DNA from: an uncultured Planctomycetota bacterium
GTDB taxonomy: Bacteria > Planctomycetota > Planctomycetia > Isosphaerales > Isosphaeraceae
NCBI GenBank assembly: GCA_963845755.1
Contig: CAWJTV010000003.1
Span: 64,001 to 128,000 of the forward strand
Direction: 5' to 3'
Length of the DNA: 64,000 nucleotides
The notes under the pieces were generated by a model. The model made no database searches. It was not told the origin of the DNA and was given only the letters and a program-made list of their open reading frames with translations. The position numbers and the translations under genes are program-made. Positions 44,163 to 54,293 of the stretch are shown here, piece by piece. Numbering within the stretch: position 1 is the first letter of the stretch; each line of letters opens with the position of its first letter.

Positions 44163-44546
44163 TCAGTTGTAATACTTGGCGATCGCCTTGTGCACCACGT
44201 AAATCACCACGTGCTTGCTGACCGGTTTGGCCAGCACGCAGAAGGCATGCTCGGAAAGCGCCCGGCGCATCAGGTTGTCGTCCTGATCGGCCGTGATCAA
44301 GATCGCCGGGATCGTCCCCTTCATCTGTCGGACGAGTGCCAGGGTCTCCAGCCCGGAGAGGCGAGGGAGATGCATATCCATCAGGGCGAGATGCACCTCG
44401 TGCTCGCGCACCAGATCCAGGGCCTCTTCCCCGCTCTCGGCCATGAGCGTCCGGTAGCCTTGCGGTGCGACGATCTCGCGCAAGGTCTCGCGAGCGACCG
44501 GATCGTCGTCGGTGATCAGGATCGAGTAGGTTTGACCGAGGGTCAT
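44163..44546 (-). CDS. Single-domain response regulator (receiver)
   Basis: ILITDDD, LMDMHLPRLSG, ITA, KP. Confidence 0.9.
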   Translation of the reverse strand: MTLGQTYSILITDDDPVARETLREIVAPQGYRTLMAESGEEALDLVREHEVHLALMDMHLPRLSGLETLALVRQMKGTIPAILITADQDDNLMRRALSEHAFCVLAKPVSKHVVIYVVHKAIAKYYN

Positions 44547-44756
44547 GAGACACGCGCTCACATCACCGAAGACTTGAAGCCACCATCACTTTGGTGATTC
44601 CTATGCACGCCTTGCGCCACTCTCGATACTTGGCACTCCTCCATCTGAAAGCAAACCGGCAACTCTCTGCAATACCTTAGTTTAGAATTCCCGCCTCAGC
44701 CCGTCCCTCGTGATGATTCCCGGGGACATTCACGGGTTTGAATGCCAGTTTGACAG

Positions 44757-46198
44757 TCATCGCGCCGTGGATTGACGGTTGTTCGGGCTATCCGTGCCGA
44801 TGGCCGCGCGAGCAAATCGCGATAGCAAGCCGTTCGCTTCGCCCCACCGCTGATTCGGGTCGAACGCATCGGCCGCCGCCAGCTCCGTCGGATCCTCACG
44901 CACCGCGTGATAGACATAACGCTCGTTCAGCTCGCCTGAAGGATCTTTGGCAACAGTCAAGCATGGCAGCATGGTATTGACATCGAGGAAAACGGTCCAC
45001 GTCTCTCCGGAGGGAGTACGGCGCGTGAAGACGTGGCTGGGGCGATTGAGGCCCGGTGGTTTCTCGACGCCGCGATAGTCGAGTCGGCCGAGAACTTTCT
45101 GCTGGGAGCCATCCTGGGCCTTCTGGAGGTTCTCGATGATGGTATCGAGGCCCGCTTCGGCGATCGAGTGCCGGCTGTTCTTCATGATCAGGGGGCTATC
45201 GACCGCGATCTTCATCGTGGGGAGGGGGATCGCGGTCTTCGGCATGTGGACGAAGAGCGAGCGCGCATCGATGCGGGTGGAGTAGATGACCTCTCGCCCC
45301 TGATTCGGACCGTCCGTCCATTCCAGACGGACCGCCTTGGGGTCGCGGCGGATGCTCAGGAGGATCTGTTCCTCGGGCTGAAGCTGACCGCCGACGCGCT
45401 CGATTCGCGCGATTTTGACCTGGTAGGTGGCGAGGGATCGCAACTTGGCCGCGCTCTGGGCGAGGATGGCCGCACCGTCGGGGGACGCGCGCGAGCCGGG
45501 CGCTTCGGCGGGGGAGCCGGGCGGGGCTCCGGAACGTCTCGCGGGTTGCGGGGATCCTCCACCGGCTGGTGGGCGAGCTGCTGCGCGGAGGCCGGATCGG
45601 CCTCCTCCGGCTCCAGGACCGTTTCGTTCATCGATATCGGAGCGAACTGGGCAGGCGAGACTCCTGCCGCGCCTTCGCGCCCGTCCCCGGTTAAGGAGGG
45701 CTCGGACGGAGCCTCGCCCTCCTCCCGGGCCAAACGAAACGGCGCTTCCTCGGGCTGGGGCGGGTCGGCGAGTGCGGGGAGGGGCTCCGGCGGCCCCAGA
45801 GTGACCTGGATCGCCTCGTCTCGAGCCGGATCGGTCCTCCGGCGCGCGCGGGCACGCATCTCGTCCCCGGCCAGGGACGCGAGCTGCGCCTCATCCTGCG
45901 GGTCCTGGGCTGTTGCACCATCGCCACGAATCCGACTTGCCGAATCGGCCGACCGTTTGGCCAGCGCATCGGCCCGCTCCTTGGCCGCGTGCATGTACCG
46001 GGCATAATAGTCGGCCGCCGGGTCGAGAGCGGGTTGGGAGTGGTCCCAGAGGCCTAGCCAACCAGGACGATCGCCTGTCCCGTCCGAGCGCAGGCCCGTC
46101 ATCGTAGAGCAGCCGAACTCCATCGAGCTGAGAGCCAGCCCCAGGCATGCCAGGATCCGCGGCCACGGCGGGTGGGCGCCCTCCCTTGCTCTGAACAT
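44757..46198 (-). CDS. DUF1571-like putative lipoprotein (frameshifted)
   Basis: ERVGGQL, GREVIY, SRHSIAEAGL, LP..ERY; lipobox-like FGC near N-terminus. Confidence 0.72.
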
Positions 46199-46253
46199 GG
46201 CTTCCTGCTCCCCTCCTTGGGGATCATCACTCCAGCCGGCACTCGTCCTCAAC

Positions 46254-46312
46254 GTAGGTCAGGCTTTCCAGCCTGACTTCCCGGTTTCGTCAGCCTGGAA
46301 AGCCTGACCTAC
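46254..46312. repeat. GTAG-type REP-like inverted repeat doublet
   Basis: GTAGGTCAGGCTTTCCAGCCTGAC ... GTCAGCCTGGAAAGCCTGACCTAC. Confidence 0.75.
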
Positions 46313-46573
46313 CTGGGATTCCTTTGTTCTCAGGCCGAAATGCCGAGCAGCCGCTTACAGTCTGTTCCATAAGTCCCTTCCCGAGCCCCCGAATGGGGGC
46401 GGAAACGCGTAGCCAGGCCGTGAGCCCTTGGACGAGGAGACTCCGTTGGAGGAAGATCGTCCAGGGGCTTATGCCCCTGCCTACGTCCGGTCACCCCTCC
46501 GGGGCTTTGGGAACAGACGCTTAGCCGGGAGGCAATACCAGATCCTCACGATCCCGGCAAGCCGAACTCGTCA

Positions 46574-48268
46574 TCAGCCGACGGTCTCGGGGCGGAGGAA
46601 GCGGTCGATCTGGCCGAGGTCGGGAATCAGGTGCGGCTGTTTGTATTGTTCGACCGTACCTCCACTTTTAGCGAGTCGTCGCTTCTGGAATTCAGCCCAG
46701 GATCCAAGGGGAATCGCGAGGATGTGGACTGGGCCGAGTCTGCGGGTATCCTGCCGGTTCGCGTATTCGAGGTTTTGCCGGCGGAGTTCCTGTTCCACGG
46801 CTGCGGCGAGCCGTTCCACGGCCGCAGGGCCGGTCAGGTCGTCTTCTTCGACGAGCAGGGCGTAGTGGGGCGGGTCGGCCCAGGAGGGAAGGAGCAGGTA
46901 TGACTTGAGCGTGAAGCCGGCGATCCGCTGGGCGGCCTGCACGGCGGCGATCACCTGATGCTCGGAGAGCTTCTCGCCGGTCAAGCTCGAGTAGTGCGCC
47001 CCTTTGTTCAGGAATTCGATCAGCGGCGTCGAGCCGCGGTAGCCGACGCAACGGACCAGGTCGGAGATGTTGTATCGGTAGAGTCCCCCGGCGGTGGTCA
47101 GGACGATGAAGTAATTGCGCCCCTCGATCAACTCGTGCGCCTCGACCGTCTCCGGCTCCGCACTCTCGGCCTGATCCTCCGGGATGAACTCGAAATAATG
47201 GTAGCGGATGTCCAGCAAGCCCGCGGGTGTCCCGTCTTCGATCGGGATCGTCATCCGCCCTTCCGACGCGATCAGCCCGACGTCGCGCACCGGCGTCTCG
47301 CCGAAGAACTCGGGATAACCGCGGAGGTACGCCTTCATCGTCCCGCCCATCCAGTTTGACAGGAAGTCGAGCCTGGGCCAGTAGTCTTTCGGCAGGAGCC
47401 GTCCGGTTCGTTCGACGATCCGTTCCAGCCTGCGGGCGGCACGCCGATGGCGGATCCGTGTCCTGAGCCGGAGCGCCCGCCGGATCTCCGGAGAGATGTC
47501 CCAGCGGGCGTCGATGGTGCCGTCGAACAGGTCGCGGATCAGCAAGGCTTTCTCGCGGTCGCCCAGCCGGGCCATGGACAGGATCGTGCTGGGATTGGCG
47601 GCGATGATCGTGCCCAGGTTGCGATACACCGAGAACCGCAGGGCCACGTAGTACTTCGACTCGATGTCCTTGATCCGCGACGCGACCGCCGGCATGCAAT
47701 ACGTCGTCCGGACCAGCAGGTTCTGGATATGGGCCGTCAGCCCCGTGATCGCGCCGCAGGGAATCCCCGCGGGCGTGACGCTCTCGCGCCAGTCGCTGGC
47801 CAACTGGAGGATCGGGCGGAGGCCATAGCGGAGGATCGCAGGATGGGCGTCGAAAGCCATGATGCCCCAGGTCGTCCATCCCTCACGATAATCGCGCAGC
47901 GACTCGCGGGTCACGGGGATCGTCTTGGGACGGTTGGTCGTCCCCGACGTCATGGCGAACATCAAGACCTCGGTCCCGGGACCGAACAGGGCGCCCAGGT
48001 CGCCATGACGTACCCGGTCGATGTACGGCTCCATGCGATCGTAAGAGCCGATGGGCACGCGACGGCGGAAGTCGGCCGGCGTACGGATCTCACCGAAATG
48101 ATGGTCGCGGCCGAACTGGCTGTCGGCGTGCCGGGCGATCCGTCGCAGGAGCAGGTCGCGCTGCACCTCGGCGGCCCGATGGGTCTGGTCGAGGAACGCC
48201 CGCGCCAGCCGGCGCGCCCGGATCTCGACCGGCGCGCCGAGGAGTCGCATGATGGAAGTATTGATCAC
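46574..48268 (-). CDS. GH3 auxin-responsive promoter family acyl-adenylate ligase
   Basis: MTSGTT, ASEG, YFEFIP, GGLYRY.I.DLV, TGEKL, QYK.P. Confidence 0.92.
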   Translation of the reverse strand: MINTSIMRLLGAPVEIRARRLARAFLDQTHRAAEVQRDLLLRRIARHADSQFGRDHHFGEIRTPADFRRRVPIGSYDRMEPYIDRVRHGDLGALFGPGTEVLMFAMTSGTTNRPKTIPVTRESLRDYREGWTTWGIMAFDAHPAILRYGLRPILQLASDWRESVTPAGIPCGAITGLTAHIQNLLVRTTYCMPAVASRIKDIESKYYVALRFSVYRNLGTIIAANPSTILSMARLGDREKALLIRDLFDGTIDARWDISPEIRRALRLRTRIRHRRAARRLERIVERTGRLLPKDYWPRLDFLSNWMGGTMKAYLRGYPEFFGETPVRDVGLIASEGRMTIPIEDGTPAGLLDIRYHYFEFIPEDQAESAEPETVEAHELIEGRNYFIVLTTAGGLYRYNISDLVRCVGYRGSTPLIEFLNKGAHYSSLTGEKLSEHQVIAAVQAAQRIAGFTLKSYLLLPSWADPPHYALLVEEDDLTGPAAVERLAAAVEQELRRQNLEYANRQDTRRLGPVHILAIPLGSWAEFQKRRLAKSGGTVEQYKQPHLIPDLGQIDRFLRPETVG

Positions 48269-48732
48269 TCGTGACGACCTCGGTACAGACCTGGTATCCC
48301 CTGCACGCGATGATGGGCGACGTCGAACCTCATCTCGCGAAGGATATCACATTCGTCGGCGCCACGGGGAACAGGCATGAGTCAGGCAACCGAGTCGATC
48401 GCGGCCCGATGAAATCGGCCGGTTCCTGTACCCTGTGAAACGAATGGCGAATCCGGTGACCTTGGGAGGAAAAGGCACAGACCACAACAGACACATCCCA
48501 GCCGAGCGGATTCCGTAAGGCTTGCGCGATTTTCCGCCGATGACGGCGCCCGAGTTCACTACGGGTCTCAGTCCCGCTCATCTCCAGCATACTCGGGATC
48601 CGGGTCGAACGGTAATTTGTTCGATCACCGTAACGGGTCAGGTCAAACTGTCCCACTGAAACGAGGTGGCGCGCGATCACCAGCCTCCAACTCCCAGGCC
48701 CGCAGCACGGAGCCGCTCTCCCGCGACTCTTA

Positions 48733-49239
48733 CTACGGCTTCGCGACCGCCCGGATGGTGCTCAGGGGAAGGAATAGCCGCATTGGGTTGTCCGTCAGCG
48801 ACAAGAATCCGTATCGCTCATAGAACGCCTTGGCCTCAGCGTCGAGTGCATCGACGACCGCCGAATGGACGCCGAGCTTCTCCGAGATGTCGAGCGATCG
48901 TGTCAAGGCATCCCGGAGGAGGACGCCGCCCAAGCCTCTTCTTTGGACGCTTCGATCGACCGCCAGACGCGCGAGCAGAACGACCGGCACGGCGTGCCGA
49001 GGAAGCTTCTTGACCTGTTGCACGGGCAGGCTCGCTACGCCGATCCCCCCGCTCGCCAGGGTGTAGTAGCCCAGCACTCGCCGCTCACCTTCCTGGAGCG
49101 CGACATAGGTCCGTCCCAGGTTCCGCTTCTCGTATTGGCCGACGAGCGCGTGCAGGAACTCATTAAGCGAAGGCTTGCCGCAGTCGAAGCCCTCCCGCAC
49201 ATGCCCGCGATCGAGTCGCTCGATCCGCCACTCATCCAC
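48733..49239 (-). CDS. GNAT acetyltransferase toxin (TacT/AtaT-like)
   Basis: FDCGKPSLNEFL, GYYTL, LLARLAVD..QRRGLG, VDA...AKAFYERYGF. Confidence 0.9.
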   Translation of the reverse strand: MDEWRIERLDRGHVREGFDCGKPSLNEFLHALVGQYEKRNLGRTYVALQEGERRVLGYYTLASGGIGVASLPVQQVKKLPRHAVPVVLLARLAVDRSVQRRGLGGVLLRDALTRSLDISEKLGVHSAVVDALDAEAKAFYERYGFLSLTDNPMRLFLPLSTIRAVAKP

Positions 49240-49516
49240 GCGTCTTGGCCTTCCCCACCATGAGGCGCCGCAGGGCGGCGTTGGGCTTCGGCGGATGATC
49301 GAGTGCGTGCAAGAACCGCTCGCGCTCCGGATCCGAAAGGACGATCGGCGCGTCCTCCGAGAAACGAATCTCGTCCTCGGGGATCACGCGCGCCTTGCGA
49401 ATGCGCAGCTCATTCTCGCTCAACTGCTCGATGATGATCGTCGCATTGGCGAACGCTTTGGGCAGGCTGACCCGGCCCTTCGCATCCGTCGATCTCGTTT
49501 CCTGGCCCATCTCCAT
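49232..49516 (-). CDS. Antitoxin: AbrB-like N-terminus plus DUF1778-like C-terminus
   Basis: TDAKGRVSLPK; IVLSDPERERFLHALDHPPKPNAALRRL; overlaps the GNAT start. Confidence 0.75.
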   Translation of the reverse strand: MEMGQETRSTDAKGRVSLPKAFANATIIIEQLSENELRIRKARVIPEDEIRFSEDAPIVLSDPERERFLHALDHPPKPNAALRRLMVGKAKTRG

Positions 49517-50144
49517 TCCTTTCTGTCCTGCACCACCGATTCCAGCATACGTTCACGGGGGATAGTGGTCAAGTGGGAATCTCCCACGAACTCCTTGTCG
49601 GGTTGTTGCGCAGCCGACGGTTTCATCGCTCCAAATCGGTACGCCGCCGCGTCGTTCGCGCCGCGCGGCTACGCCCGGCCAGTTCGAGCACCCGAGTCCG
49701 CGGGGCAGGTGTCCTCGACGTTGTGCCGCGACCAGTCGCGGCAGACCACGATGCCGTGAGGCGGCCGCACCCTGAGATCCTCCCCAGATCGCCAGAACCT
49801 GCCGGGCGGGCCTTCTTCTGCATGCGCTCCTTCTGGCGTTGGTTTTTCTCGAGAATTCGCAAATTGGTCACAATATATATAAATATATATATTATTATTT
49901 TTATGGCCAATTATGGCCCTCTCGAGAGCGAAGACCCTTCTCCAGCCGGGCTGTCCTGGGCCCTGAAGCGGGAGCCGCGGGGCTGCGGGCCGTCTCCACG
50001 CTCGGCGCGGAGGATCGTGGTCCATGGTGCCAGGGGCACGTGGCACGTGGCGGAGGATTCCAGCCTTCGGTTTACAACCCCCTGCCGCAAGGCTATGATC
50101 TTCGGTACTTTGCGTCCCAATCGCCCATCCTCGCCGAGCCGCCG

Positions 50145-51493
50145 ATGAACGACAACCTTCCGGAAGACTCTGCCCTCGCGACCACGAACCTGGATGCCGA
50201 CCTCGACGCGAGCCGACCGACGAAGGTCCGATACCAGGTGCTGGCCGCGGCGTGCAGCCTGGCCGTCATCACTTATATCCACCGGGTCGGATTCGGGACG
50301 GTCGTGGCCGAGCTCCAGACGACCCTGAAGTTGAGCGACGCCCGCATCGGCTGGCTGATGGCCGCGTTCATGGTCGGCTACGGCATCTTCGAGATGCCCT
50401 GGGGTTTCCTCGGCGATCGGTTCGGCGTGCGGAACGTCCTGGCGGCGATCATCGTGGGCGGCTCGACTACCACCGCCTTGCTGGCGCTGGCGGGCTTCCT
50501 GCCGAACGAGGCGATCGTGATCTTCGCCTTCCTCATGGTCCTCCGATTCCTCTTCGGAGCCCTCCAGGCAGGGACGTTCCCGGTGATCTCGCGGATGATC
50601 GCCGACTGGATGCCGACGACCGAACGGGGCTCGGCCCAGGGAGCGGTCTGGATGTCCAGCCGGGTCGGCGGCTTCCTGGCTCCGATCCTGATCGTCTGGC
50701 TGTTCCAGGCCATCAGCGACTGGAAGGTCGCCCTGGTGCTGGTAGCGAGCGTGGGACTCGTCTGGTGCCTGGCATTCTGGCCCTGGTTCCGGAACCAACC
50801 CGAGGAGATGTCGCAGGTCAATCGGCAGGAGCGAATGCTGATCGCTGCCGGGCGGTCGGCCCACGCCGCACATGGCCATGGCGCGGTGCCCTGGTCGCGA
50901 ATGCTGCGGTCGCCGAGCGTCTGGCGCTCTGCTGGATGTATGGCTTTCTGGGCTTCAGCGGCAATTTCTACATCGCGCTGCTGCCCACCTACCTGAAGAA
51001 CCACCGTCACCTCGATTCGACGACGATGAGCTGGCTGTCGGGGTTACCCTTCGCGTTCGGGGTGGTGGCTTGCTTCGTGGGCGGATGGTTCTCCGACGCC
51101 ATCATCCGGCGTTGGGGAACGCAGTGGGGTCGTCGGATCGTCGGCGCGACCGGCCTGACTTTGGCCGGTCTCGCGATCGTCGCCGTTCCTTATGTGGACA
51201 ACGTCCCGATGCTGGGTTTCCTGCTCGCTCTCGCGTTCTTCGGGAATGACCTTGCGATGGCGCCGGCCTGGGCGGCCGCCGCCGACATCGGCGAACGTTA
51301 CACCGGCGTCCTCTCCGGCGCCATGAACATGATGGGCAGCTTCATGGCGGCCATCGAGGTCCTCATCATCGGCCAGCTCTTCCAGTGGGATTACCTCAAA
51401 GCACCTTTCATCATCCTCGGGGTCGCTTACGGCCTGGGTACCGTGTGCTGGATAGGGGTTGATGTCCGGAGGACGCTGGCGGGGACCGATTGA
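50145..51493 (+). CDS. MFS transporter, ACS (sugar-acid) type (frameshift ~50925)
   Basis: ITYIHR, GDRFGVR, RFLFG, W.P.TERG, multiple TM helices. Confidence 0.9.
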
Positions 51494-51528
51494 CACCCGC
51501 CCGCGTCGGCATCTCCCCTGCCCTGGCT

Positions 51529-53766
51529 TCAGCGCGGCGCGACGGCGTCGAGCGTGGCAACCGGAGGCGCGGTCGTTCCCAATGGTGCGGCGTTCGCTGT
51601 TGGTTCGGTGCCTTTGACCGGCTCAGGCCGCACGTCCTGCGCCGGCTCGCTTCCGGGTGCCGGGGTGGCCGCGGTTCGGACCAGGTTGACGCGCATCCAT
51701 CCCGATGGATCCAGCGGCGAGACGTCATGAATCGCGAACCCCGGCAGCTTGAGCTGGTCGAGTGCCACGTCGATCGTCTGGGTGCGGATCTTGGCGGCCA
51801 TGGTGCCCATGACGAATGCGCTGGTGAACCGGGTCAACGGTGTCCCCTTGTTCTCGTCGTCGTTGATGGCGATGACCTCGTGATTGGTACCGGTGTTGAA
51901 TTCCTCGATCTTGCCGCGGATCCTCGGGGCCGATGGCGTGGAGGTATCAAGCTGGTACGAGATGGCCACTTCGGTGACGGGCACCTTGATCCGGAGAACC
52001 TTGGCGGCGACGCCGAGCATGTTCTGGGCGGCCTGCTCAGCCGGGGCGGGGACCTCGACCTGGAGGTCGTGGACGACGACGACGAGGAACCCTCGCGCGT
52101 CGGAGCTGAGGACCGGAGGCTGTTGCGGGCGAAGGACCCGCATGGCCATCACGCGCGAGTCCTTGGCATTGCGGGCCGCGTCGACGGCCTTGAGGTAGGT
52201 CGCGAAGTCGACGTTCCGCGTGACGGTCGCGGCATCGCGGGGCGGCGTGCCGGGCGGAACGGCCTTGGTGACGATCATCAGGTTCTGCACGGACTTGACC
52301 CCGTCCTGCTGCCAGAATCCGCTGGCCGCGCTGGTCAAGAGCGAGCCGAGGTGGAGGTCGGCCGTGACGCCCTGGTCGATCGTCGTGGCGAGCTTTCGAG
52401 GCTGCGGGGTGTCGGCGCCCTGCTGGCCCGGCGCGCCACGCCACTCGAACAGACCTGCGACGAAGACGGCTTCGGGCCGCGACCGCATCGACACGTCCTT
52501 GATCAAGAATTCGCGGACGGCGACGGTGTTGTTACCGATCAGGTACTTGGACTGGAGGTCGGCATTGCGCTCCGCCATCTGCTGGGCGATCCGCTCCTGG
52601 GTCTCCTCGGCGGCCTCGGCCGGGATCTGCGACTGGAACTTGGGAAGTGCCCCCTCATAGACCTTGTTCGTGATCTTCTGCTGGTTCATGCCGATGAGCC
52701 CGGCGACGGTGCGACCGAACCCTCCCCCGCACTCCGGCGCCGAGCCGATCGACGCGTTGATGCCGTGGGTGGCCGAAGGGATCAGCGACAGGCCGGAGGG
52801 TCTCAGGACGGCGGTGATCGTCAGGTTGGACCAGTCATAGGTCGTAGCGTTGAACTCGTAGAGCTTCGTGGCCCGACGGCCGCGCGGGTCCTGGGCCATC
52901 TGCTGCTGGAAGTCCCAGATCGGAGTGACACTGACCATCGACTGGCTGTTGTAGAAGGCGATGCCGTCGTCGCTGGGCAGGAGGCCGAAGCCCGTCTTGG
53001 GACCGGCGGTCACCATCGACGTATAGCCCTTGCGCGTGACGGGACCGGTCTGGACCAGGGTTGCATCGAGCACCGGCGCGACCGTCGCCACGTCGGCGGC
53101 GATGTCCAGGTTGGGCCGAAGGAACAGGTCCTGGACCGCGGAGGAGAGCTCCAGCGACGGCTCCCAGCCCTGGCCCTGATTCCGCAGGTTGAGCTCATCC
53201 AGCAGCTCGTGGATCCGCCGCAGGGCGGACTGGCGCTGGGCGACGGAGTCGGCGGCGTCGTAGTCGCGCAAGGCACGACCCAGGTCGTCCTGGGTGAAGT
53301 CGATCCATCGCGAGCGGTTGGCGCGGATCTTCGGATCCGTCGCGGCGGGGAGGGCTTGCACCGTCTCGGTCAGTCGATGGCGCGCCTGCGCCAGGCGGAG
53401 CCGAGGCCGCAGCCATTGCTGCACGTCCTCCCGCAACTGCGCCGCGGGCTCCCAGGTCGCCGTCGTCAGCGTGTCCGCGATCTGAGATACCTGATTCAAT
53501 GCGGTCAGACGGGTCGAATCCTGATCCGCCTTGGCATAAGCGTGCAGGTTCTGCATCAAGGCGTCGAGCTGCGCGTTCCATTGCTCCGCGTTGGGCACTC
53601 CCGGCGCGCCCGGCTTCGCCCATTCCTTGCGGATCGACTCGATCGTCCGCTCGATCCCCAGATAAGACGGCGCAGCCGGTGCGGCCAGTGCCCTGGCCCA
53701 TCCCCATCCCAGACCCATCGCTCCCAGGATCCCCAGCGCCGATATCAGCCTTGTCATTCGAGGCAT
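51529..53766 (-). CDS. Large secreted hypothetical protein
   Basis: 745 aa with signal peptide and strong coding bias on the minus strand. Confidence 0.8.
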   Translation of the reverse strand: MPRMTRLISALGILGAMGLGWGWARALAAPAAPSYLGIERTIESIRKEWAKPGAPGVPNAEQWNAQLDALMQNLHAYAKADQDSTRLTALNQVSQIADTLTTATWEPAAQLREDVQQWLRPRLRLAQARHRLTETVQALPAATDPKIRANRSRWIDFTQDDLGRALRDYDAADSVAQRQSALRRIHELLDELNLRNQGQGWEPSLELSSAVQDLFLRPNLDIAADVATVAPVLDATLVQTGPVTRKGYTSMVTAGPKTGFGLLPSDDGIAFYNSQSMVSVTPIWDFQQQMAQDPRGRRATKLYEFNATTYDWSNLTITAVLRPSGLSLIPSATHGINASIGSAPECGGGFGRTVAGLIGMNQQKITNKVYEGALPKFQSQIPAEAAEETQERIAQQMAERNADLQSKYLIGNNTVAVREFLIKDVSMRSRPEAVFVAGLFEWRGAPGQQGADTPQPRKLATTIDQGVTADLHLGSLLTSAASGFWQQDGVKSVQNLMIVTKAVPPGTPPRDAATVTRNVDFATYLKAVDAARNAKDSRVMAMRVLRPQQPPVLSSDARGFLVVVVHDLQVEVPAPAEQAAQNMLGVAAKVLRIKVPVTEVAISYQLDTSTPSAPRIRGKIEEFNTGTNHEVIAINDDENKGTPLTRFTSAFVMGTMAAKIRTQTIDVALDQLKLPGFAIHDVSPLDPSGWMRVNLVRTAATPAPGSEPAQDVRPEPVKGTEPTANAAPLGTTAPPVATLDAVAPR

Positions 53767-54293
53767 GTGTCGTCTCCGTCGTCAGGCTGTCGCTTCAGTT
53801 CACAAGCCCGTCAGAGCCCTCCCGTGGGCGAAGTCGATCTCCGTCAAGGAGACGAGATCCCATCCGGCCAGCACCGGGCTTGAAGTGGAGAGGCTCGGAG
53901 GGAGCCTCGCCCTTCCAGGAAAAAAGTGGTTGTTCACCTCGCAAAGGGCATACCTATCATCGTCCTGGCAGTCTCTTCAACTCTTTCCAGATTCCACGCG
54001 TCTTGCCGATTTCGACTTATTTTCTCCAGGCCACCCAAAACATCAATAGATCAGGCAGAGTCCGCAATCTGTACAGAATCGTATCACTGCACCCCTTCTC
54101 CAAGTCACCATCGGCCCTACGAGACAGAGGGCGGCTCCCCATGCTACAATCAGGAGCACTCCCGTGCCGGCCCATCTGTTCATCCCTTCCGGGCATGGAT
54201 CACGTGCCGACGGCACGCGAACTCATCGATCTTTCGATCAATCAATCATCGAATCATTGTCTGCGGTAAGAAACCAGCTTAGGAGGAACTGCG

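Noticed and set aside
51490..53883. 797-aa + strand ORF and similar long antisense ORFs (31550..32812, 38223..39308, 62650..63987)
   Set aside because: Shadows of real opposite-strand genes, common in high-GC DNA
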